DNA from: Patescibacteria group bacterium
Lineage (GTDB): Bacteria > Patescibacteriota > Microgenomatia > Levybacterales > UBA12049
Assembly (NCBI GenBank): GCA_035457005.1
Contig: DATICB010000017.1
Span: 1-60,505, forward strand
Direction: 5' to 3'
DNA: 60,505 nt
Part shown: piece after piece, positions 54,756 through 60,505 of the stretch
How the letters are laid out: the number at the start of each line of letters is the position of its first letter
Numbering within the stretch: the stretch's first letter is position 1
Notes under the pieces: model-generated
What the model was told of the DNA's origin: nothing
Databases searched by the model: none
What the model saw: the letters and a program-made list of their open reading frames with translations, nothing else
Program-made: the position numbers and the translations under genes

Positions 54756-55526
54756 CTAGAAATTTGGACTAGCCACGTACGTAATAGTGTTTGTATACAC
54801 GCCAGGGAGCTGAGAGCCTGATACGTTGACTTTGTAGGTAACTTGCGACTGCTTCTCTAGAGAAGAGCCAGATGTGTTCTGCATGACAACCTGAGGGGAT
54901 TGAGACAATGCTGCATTTGCAAACGGCTTGTATGTATTTGCAGTAAAGGTAGAGCAATCAGTTTGTGCCACGTTATCGCAGCGATAGCCAAATCCATAGG
55001 TGAGATTGCTAACCCAATTTGCAGCAAACGATGGCGTACACAAGCCGCTGTCACAGGTTGTATCAGGAATTAAAGAGCCAGATGGTGATTGAAGACTATG
55101 GTTTTCTATACCTGTCACAGAATATCCTGATGCAGTGCTTAATACATCGAGTATGTTTGTTCTACTTACTGGACTTGTTGGATCAACTGTTCCAAAATTT
55201 AAATCTGTTGGTGTTACAGTAAAAGTAAAAATTCCAGAAACAACGGATTTATTACAAAATATGCCTCCATAAAATCCTGCGCAGATAGTGTAATTTGTCC
55301 CGGTATACAGACCTGCGCCCAATTCGCCAGATGTAAAGGTAAGTGTTTTTCCGCTGCCAGATGATTGTCCTGCAATGCTATTCAGATTGCCCAGAATAAT
55401 AATATAAAAAGCATTGGACATGGTAAAAGCGTTTGCGCTTTTACCAAATAAACCAATAGACAAATAAACCAATAATCCAATCAATATAAAAAAGAAAGCA
55501 TACTTGGACAGAAGTATATTTTTCAT
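54756..55526 (-). CDS. secreted beta-rich protein, possibly WxL-like
   Basis: N-terminal signal/anchor homologous to that of the neighbouring gene (LIGLLVYLSIGLF versus LIGLLGYLCIGLF). Also FTFTVTPTDLNFG, and the C-terminus GVYTNTITYVASPNF. Confidence 0.55.
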   Translation of the reverse strand: MKNILLSKYAFFFILIGLLVYLSIGLFGKSANAFTMSNAFYIIILGNLNSIAGQSSGSGKTLTFTSGELGAGLYTGTNYTICAGFYGGIFCNKSVVSGIFTFTVTPTDLNFGTVDPTSPVSRTNILDVLSTASGYSVTGIENHSLQSPSGSLIPDTTCDSGLCTPSFAANWVSNLTYGFGYRCDNVAQTDCSTFTANTYKPFANAALSQSPQVVMQNTSGSSLEKQSQVTYKVNVSGSQLPGVYTNTITYVASPNF

Positions 55527-55578
55527 GAAATTACTTTTTGTTACAAGATTGATTCGTAGTATTCATTATGCATCATGG

Positions 55579-56217
55579 TTATTGTTTTGTTTCGCTTCGC
55601 AGATCTTCTGTTTCTTCTAAAATCTCATTCAATTTCTCAACATCGTCAGATTTAAGATTCTTTTTTTCGTTTTGCAACACTTTTTCTATATCTTTTGCAA
55701 TAGTTGTGCCTGCTTCTTCGGATCTTTCTGCCAGAGAAACTATTTCATCTGCCTGCTTTTCACGATCTCTGTATTCTTTGCCAAAAAAATAGGGAAGAGG
55801 AGAAATAAGAAGAAAAGAGCCAAGCTGAATGTATTGTCCCAGGCTGCCGCCATTGGTCAGGACTGCTGGCAAGAAAATAATGACTGTTCCAATTGCAAAA
55901 ATAAATACTGTGACAGGCTCAAAAATAAAAGTAATGCCAAAACCTAAAAAGTACAACAAAAAGAAAAACCAGCTTGCCATTTGTCCTGTTGCAAAAATAA
56001 GAAGGAAAATTGCTGTATTAAGCGTAAAAACATCGGGTATGCCACCCCAAATAGCATCTTCTTTTTTCATTTTTCGTTTTACAAATTGGGCGACAAGATA
56101 CACAATAACCATGACTGCCAAAACTTGCACAGTAAAATCAGTAAATGGACTTTGCTCCCAAGCAAAAACAAGGGTAAAGGAAAAAATCAGCACGAATGCG
56201 TGAAGAAGTGCTTTCAT
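55579..56217 (-). CDS. polytopic membrane protein with an acidic coiled-coil tail
   Basis: 212 aa with 5 TM helices. The C-terminus contains EKQADEIVSLAERSEEAGTTIAKDIEKVLQNEKK. Confidence 0.7.
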   Translation of the reverse strand: MKALLHAFVLIFSFTLVFAWEQSPFTDFTVQVLAVMVIVYLVAQFVKRKMKKEDAIWGGIPDVFTLNTAIFLLIFATGQMASWFFFLLYFLGFGITFIFEPVTVFIFAIGTVIIFLPAVLTNGGSLGQYIQLGSFLLISPLPYFFGKEYRDREKQADEIVSLAERSEEAGTTIAKDIEKVLQNEKKNLKSDDVEKLNEILEETEDLRSETKQ

Positions 56218-56279
56218 GAATTAATAGTAGATGAAGAAGCTGTGACCTTCAAGAGGAGAAATAATTTATGAATTTCTTC

Positions 56280-56309
56280 TTGACAAAAAGAATGGTTATT
56301 TTTTATACT
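56280..56309 (+). promoter_or_regulatory. sigma70-like promoter (TTGACA-18-TATACT), ATG 9 nt downstream
   Basis: TTGACA 56280-56285, TATACT 56304-56309, ATG 56319. Confidence 0.55.
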
Positions 56310-56318
56310 GCCTGAGAT

Positions 56319-56531
56319 ATGGGATTTACACCAACAAGACCCCCAAGAGAAGTAGAGGTTCGAAGAGTTCCTAGGGGGAGTTCACTTTCTGGCCTGGGTG
56401 GTCCAGCAGATAATCCATATAGAAGACCTGCTACGCCAAAAGATAGTCAAGATGCAATCAGAGAGAGTCATCAAGAAGGGCAGGTAAAGAAAGCTCAACG
56501 CCGCAGAAATGAACAAGCTAATCAATCTTAA
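56319..56531 (+). CDS. small basic Pro/Arg-rich protein (70 aa)
   Basis: Translation begins MGFTPTRPPREVEVRRVPRG and continues through DNPYRRPATPKD. Confidence 0.45.
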   Translation: MGFTPTRPPREVEVRRVPRGSSLSGLGGPADNPYRRPATPKDSQDAIRESHQEGQVKKAQRRRNEQANQS

Positions 56532-56534
56532 ATT

Positions 56535-56789
56535 ATGGGTCACTATCGAGACCGAGATTCAAGATACCCCAGTCAAGTAAGAAATCCCTTTTCAAAAGAG
56601 CCCGCAATACGACAGGTTCCTCGGGGAGCAGATACTGATCCCTTTGGTACGAAAGAAGCAACCCCAGGAAGACAGCCAACACCTGCAGATGTAGCAGCAA
56701 ATAAAGCAACTCAAAGAGCGGAGATAATACAAAGAAGAAACGCTGGGCGTCTTGGAAAGGATCCACATCCTGAAGAATGGGATGTGTAA
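56535..56789 (+). CDS. small basic Pro/Arg-rich protein (84 aa), likely paralogue of 56319
   Basis: It shares the RQVPRG, TDPF and ATP motifs. It starts 3 nt after the previous stop. Confidence 0.45.
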   Translation: MGHYRDRDSRYPSQVRNPFSKEPAIRQVPRGADTDPFGTKEATPGRQPTPADVAANKATQRAEIIQRRNAGRLGKDPHPEEWDV

Positions 56790-56939
56790 CTTTCTTGTAT
56801 TTCTTTTTGTTGTTTAGTACAATCGCTGCATGAATACAAATCTTTCCAAACTTCTTCTTGTTTCCTGGTAGGGGAGAAGTTTGTATGTGTACAAATTCTC
56901 CCAGAAATGGGAGTTTTTTATTCGCTAAAATTTTAGATT

Positions 56940-57152
56940 ATGACAGAAGAAGAACAACCAAAAAGGAAAAGAGGCAGTAGGGCGCGTGAAGAAAGAAGAA
57001 AATCAGTACGTCAAAAAAACGGCGATCGTCCCCCGAGTAGAAATCCGAAGGGAATATTGCACCATCTCCATGCAGAACTGCAAAGGGAACATGGTCGCGG
57101 GTATGAGGGAGTTAGAAGGGGAAAGGGAAATAAGATAAGAAATCCCTATTAA
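56940..57152 (+). CDS. small basic protein (70 aa), MTEEEQPKRKRG family
   Basis: It is homologous along its full length to 57215..57430. The first 12 codons differ only at synonymous third positions. Confidence 0.6.
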   Translation: MTEEEQPKRKRGSRAREERRKSVRQKNGDRPPSRNPKGILHHLHAELQREHGRGYEGVRRGKGNKIRNPY

Positions 57153-57214
57153 ACAAACCGTCTAAACCGGTAGTGTGTTTATTTTGAATAAAAAATACAT
57201 TTTGGTATATACTT

Positions 57215-57430
57215 ATGACAGAAGAAGAACAACCGAAAAGAAAAAGAGGTGCAAAAGCCCACAAGCAAGAAAGAAGAGACGCTCGTAAAAAGGCGGGATC
57301 TGCACCAAATGGTCCAAGTAGTAATCCAAAACTTCAGTTACACTTTGACCATCATGAGCAGCAAGAGCGCCATAGGGGAGGAACAAGTCCGGTGCGAAGA
57401 AAGCCTCCTCATAAAAGAAAGAGGTTTTAA
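57215..57430 (+). CDS. small basic protein (71 aa), MTEEEQPKRKRG family
   Basis: See 56940..57152. It ends 3 nt before the leuS ATG. Confidence 0.6.
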   Translation: MTEEEQPKRKRGAKAHKQERRDARKKAGSAPNGPSSNPKLQLHFDHHEQQERHRGGTSPVRRKPPHKRKRF

Positions 57431-57433
57431 TAT

Positions 57434-59926
57434 ATGAAAACAACAGAATGGAAAAATCCCCACAACACTAAAGTTACGTGGGGCAAGTATTTTCCACAAG
57501 ATATAGAGAAAAAGTGGCAAGAAGTATGGAAAGAAGCCGGACTGTATAAGTTCAAATCCCAAATCCCAAGCTCCAAATTCCAAAAATATTACACATTAGT
57601 TGAGCTTCCATACCCATCAGGAGACTTGCATATTGGTCACTGGTTTACCTTTATTGCACCAGATGTGCTTTCACGATTCAAGCGCATGCAAGGCTACAAT
57701 GTTTTCTTTCCCATGGGATACGATGCGTTTGGTTTGCCAGCAGAAAACGCAGCAATCAAGCGTGGTATTCATCCACAAGACTGGACATTGAAAAATATTG
57801 AGACCATGACGGCCCAATTCGAGACTATGGGCACAATGATTGATTGGGATCACGTCACAGTCACGTGTTTGCCCGAATATTACAAATGGAATCAGTGGAT
57901 CTTTATTAAGATGTTTGAAAAAGGCATTGCGTACAGAGGCAAAACACTTTCCAATTGGTGCCCAACAGATCAAACTGTTTTGGCTAACGAGCATGTAGAA
58001 AATGGCAAATGTTGGCGGTGTGGGTCGGTAGTTGTTCAGAAAGAAGTAGAACAGTGGTTTTTACGCATTACAGACTATGCTGAAGAGCTTTTGTGGAACA
58101 GAGAGGGCAATGGTGTCGATTGGCCAAAAAGTGTCCAGGTAGCGCAAAATGATTGGATAGGAAAAAGTGAAGGGCTTGAAATAAGTTATCCAATTGAGGG
58201 TTCTGAAGAGAAGGTGACCATATTTACTAGCCGCCCCGATACAAATTTTGGCGCAACATTTATAGCGCTTGCTCCAGAAAATCCGCTGGTTACAATAATT
58301 ACCAGGCCGGAGCGCAAAGAAGAAGTTGAGAAATATGTCAAAATAGCTTCAGAGAAAACAGAATTGGAGCGCAAAGAAGAAGGTAAAGAAAAGTCAGGTG
58401 CATTTACCGGAGCGTATGCTATTAATCATTTAACTGGAGAAAAAATGCCTATTTGGGTATCTGACTTTGTTTTAATGAACTTTGGAACAGGTGCACTTGT
58501 TGGTGTTCCTGCTCACGATCTCAGAGACTTTGATTTTGCCCATAAATTCAATCTAAACATCAAGCGAGTTGTTGTTGGCAAAGATGGCGACAAATCGCCA
58601 ATTACAAAGCGTGAACAGGTTCAGGAAGAAGATGGGATAATGATTAATTCAGATTTCTTAGATGGAATTGATATTCATGAGGCTACAGGAAAGATTATGG
58701 ACTATATTGTCGAAAAAGGCTGGGGCAAGAAGGTAACTATGTATCATCTACATGATTGGTCTGTGAGTCGCCAAAGGTATTGGGGAACACCAGTGCCAAT
58801 GATACACTGCGATACAGATGGAATAGTTCCGGTACCTTTAGATCAACTACCAGTAACGCTTCCCTACGATGTTGATTATCAGCCAAAAGGCAAGCCGCCT
58901 TTGGCCTCCAATGATGAATGGATGAAAGTGACATGTCCTAAATGCGGCAAAGATGCTCGACGTGATGCAGAAACATTAGATACATTTTTTGATAGTTCGT
59001 GGTATTACTACCGATATGTCGATCCATCCTTCAGAGATGGACCTTTTGATCCTACGGAAGTCAAAAAACTCATGCCTTTGGATATTTACTTTGGTGGAGG
59101 CGAACATACCTTGGGACACACCTTGTACGCACGATTTTTTACCAAATTCTTTAAAGATTTAGGTATGGTTAACTTTGATGAGTTTGCGCTTAAAAGAGTA
59201 CAGCATGGGATCGTACTCGGCACAGATGGGAATAAGATGAGTAAGAGCAAAGGGAATGTGATTAATCCTGATGACGTGGTAAAAGAATTTGGCACTGACG
59301 CAGTGCGGGTATATCTTTCATTTATGATGCCATACAATGCCACAGGGCCGTGGTCTGTCAGCTCAATGTATGGGATGTTTCGATTCTTAAAACGCGTCTG
59401 GGATTTGTACCCACGGGTTACTGCAGGAGAGTTAACGCGAGAAGATAAATTTCAGATGCACACGACCATTAAAAAAGTCGGCGACGATATTGCAGAGACA
59501 AAAAATAACACAGCTGTTGCTGCCATGATGAAGTGGCTCAATTACTTAGATGCGAAAGAGCAAATTTGGGAGGAAGAATTCAAGAATTTTCTGATTATCT
59601 TGTCACCATTTGCTCCGCATATCACAGAAGAGCTTTGGCAGTTAAACAAGTTGTCTGATAGCGAGGCTGGTGATGAGGCATTTTCATCAATTCACCAGGA
59701 AAAGTGGCCTAGCCATGATAATAGTTTGATAGTTTCTGATACAGTTACCGTTGCTGTACAAATCAATGGAAAATTGCGAGATACTCTTGTCATTGTGAGC
59801 GAAGCGAAGCAATCTGATGTCGAGGAGGTTGCGAAGCAATCTGAAAAAGTCAAAGTTCATCTAGAAGGAAAGACAGTGAAAAAAGTAATTTACGTGCCCG
59901 GGAAAATCCTCAATTTTGTGATATAA
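57434..59926 (+). CDS. leuS: leucine--tRNA ligase
   Basis: HIGH motif (GDLHIGHW), KMSKS, and CP1 editing domain blocks. Confidence 0.95.
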   Translation: MKTTEWKNPHNTKVTWGKYFPQDIEKKWQEVWKEAGLYKFKSQIPSSKFQKYYTLVELPYPSGDLHIGHWFTFIAPDVLSRFKRMQGYNVFFPMGYDAFGLPAENAAIKRGIHPQDWTLKNIETMTAQFETMGTMIDWDHVTVTCLPEYYKWNQWIFIKMFEKGIAYRGKTLSNWCPTDQTVLANEHVENGKCWRCGSVVVQKEVEQWFLRITDYAEELLWNREGNGVDWPKSVQVAQNDWIGKSEGLEISYPIEGSEEKVTIFTSRPDTNFGATFIALAPENPLVTIITRPERKEEVEKYVKIASEKTELERKEEGKEKSGAFTGAYAINHLTGEKMPIWVSDFVLMNFGTGALVGVPAHDLRDFDFAHKFNLNIKRVVVGKDGDKSPITKREQVQEEDGIMINSDFLDGIDIHEATGKIMDYIVEKGWGKKVTMYHLHDWSVSRQRYWGTPVPMIHCDTDGIVPVPLDQLPVTLPYDVDYQPKGKPPLASNDEWMKVTCPKCGKDARRDAETLDTFFDSSWYYYRYVDPSFRDGPFDPTEVKKLMPLDIYFGGGEHTLGHTLYARFFTKFFKDLGMVNFDEFALKRVQHGIVLGTDGNKMSKSKGNVINPDDVVKEFGTDAVRVYLSFMMPYNATGPWSVSSMYGMFRFLKRVWDLYPRVTAGELTREDKFQMHTTIKKVGDDIAETKNNTAVAAMMKWLNYLDAKEQIWEEEFKNFLIILSPFAPHITEELWQLNKLSDSEAGDEAFSSIHQEKWPSHDNSLIVSDTVTVAVQINGKLRDTLVIVSEAKQSDVEEVAKQSEKVKVHLEGKTVKKVIYVPGKILNFVI
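57554..57581 (+). repeat. AAATCCC-family heptamer array in leuS
   Basis: The units are aaatccc aaatccc aagctcc aaattcc, encoding KSQIPSSKFQ. It is about 29/32 identical to the array at 2347. Confidence 0.9.
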
Positions 59927-60275
59927 AATCCACATGAGATATGCATCAGATGCACATGTACATTCTATCATAAAGGAGTAATATCTTCTCTAAAGATACA
60001 CCGATGGTATTCAAATGAGTTATATGCGGTCAAGAGAAATCTTTCCAACTAAGTTTTTGTCGGACAGAGTTCCTGTACAAAGTAAAAATATCAACTTTAC
60101 CAGCCGACGCACGGGTTCAGAAACTGATACCAATCATACAGCTGTGCATGCAGCTGTAGCTGCGGCAATAATAGCAGCAATCATAGCTGCTGTGTTGTAA
60201 GAGCTGATGTCTTGGTTATAAATTTTAGCAGTAAAACGCTTATTGCAAACATAAAAAAAGGATTATAATTGCTGG

Positions 60276-60505
60276 ATGAGAGTACCAACGAGATTACCAA
60301 GAAGATATACGAGGTCACTAAGAGGACAGGCACAAGCAGACCCAGATGAGACATTTAGACGTGGAATGGACAGTTTTGCTGATCGGGATTCTGTTGCAAC
60401 CACAGAGGATGTTTATAGGTCGGTATCAGGTTATGATCCTAGAGCAAAAGCAGAAGAATTAGCAAGAGCGGGGGACACCATTGATGTTTGGGCTCAGATA
60501 GGAGT
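60276..60505 (+). CDS. small Arg/Asp-rich protein, truncated by the window end
   Basis: TATAAT at 60264-60269 lies 6 nt before ATG 60276. Translation begins MRVPTRLPRRYTRSLRGQAQADPDETFRRG. Confidence 0.35.
   Translation, partial: MRVPTRLPRRYTRSLRGQAQADPDETFRRGMDSFADRDSVATTEDVYRSVSGYDPRAKAEELARAGDTIDVWAQIG

Noticed and set aside
59804-59844. A 14-nt direct repeat, GCGAAGCAATCTGA, at 59804-59817 and 59831-59844 in leuS. It recalls the short gcgaagcaat-type hairpin repeats common in uncultivated bacteria.
   Set aside because: The copies are 27 nt apart and in frame (AKQSD and AKQSE) within the naturally variable C-terminal domain. The hairpin potential is weak, and a single occurrence is not enough to call an inserted element.
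60015-60200. A 61-aa ORF ending in AAVAAAIIAAIIAAV.
   Set aside because: The hydrophobic tail comes from a GCAGC/GCTGC low-complexity, palindromic tract, and no start signals were seen. Confidence is too low to report it as a gene.

Overview
This is a 60.5-kb chromosomal segment of about 40% GC. It reads like an uncultivated, small-genome Patescibacteria/CPR-type bacterium. That placement is an inference from four things: an archaeal-type ATP-dependent DNA ligase next to an EndoQ-like nuclease, a 23S rRNA with an intron-like insertion and no 16S gene upstream, a giant surface protein, and many lineage-specific micro-proteins. Housekeeping genes present are pth, acylphosphatase, a ZIP transporter, trxA, trxB, rpsA, radA, a PIN-TRAM protein, rho and leuS. 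There is also a MASE1/PAS histidine kinase with a stand-alone receiver, DsbA-like and other CxxC redox proteins, a LysM/M23 peptidase and a GT2 glycosyltransferase. Three tRNA-Ala isoacceptors and a tRNA-Ala/23S/5S operon are present. One quarter of the window is a single 15,159-nt minus-strand ORF (5,052 aa). Its order is two recombinase-type SAM-like domains, a TM helix, at least 14 tail-fibre-like repeat modules, two DUF2341+LamG cassettes, an internal S74 self-cleaving chaperone domain and a long tail. An O-antigen-ligase/TPR protein and a WxL/DUF916-like surface gene cluster flank it. Other notable signals: (1) an unannotated operon of four translationally coupled Cys/Pro/Arg-rich micro-ORFs; (2) a dispersed family of small basic proteins with -10 boxes 6-9 nt from the ATG, implying leaderless mRNAs; (3) a ~90-nt structured RNA element in two copies with compensatory base changes, each bracketed by direct repeats; (4) a ~389-nt group-I-like intron in the peptidyl-transferase centre of 23S; (5) 7-nt-periodic tandem arrays embedded in frame in ligase, EndoQ, RadA and LeuRS and placed just upstream of stable-RNA genes. 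No CRISPR array, transposase or catalytic integrase was seen. All family calls come from motif reading without database searches.
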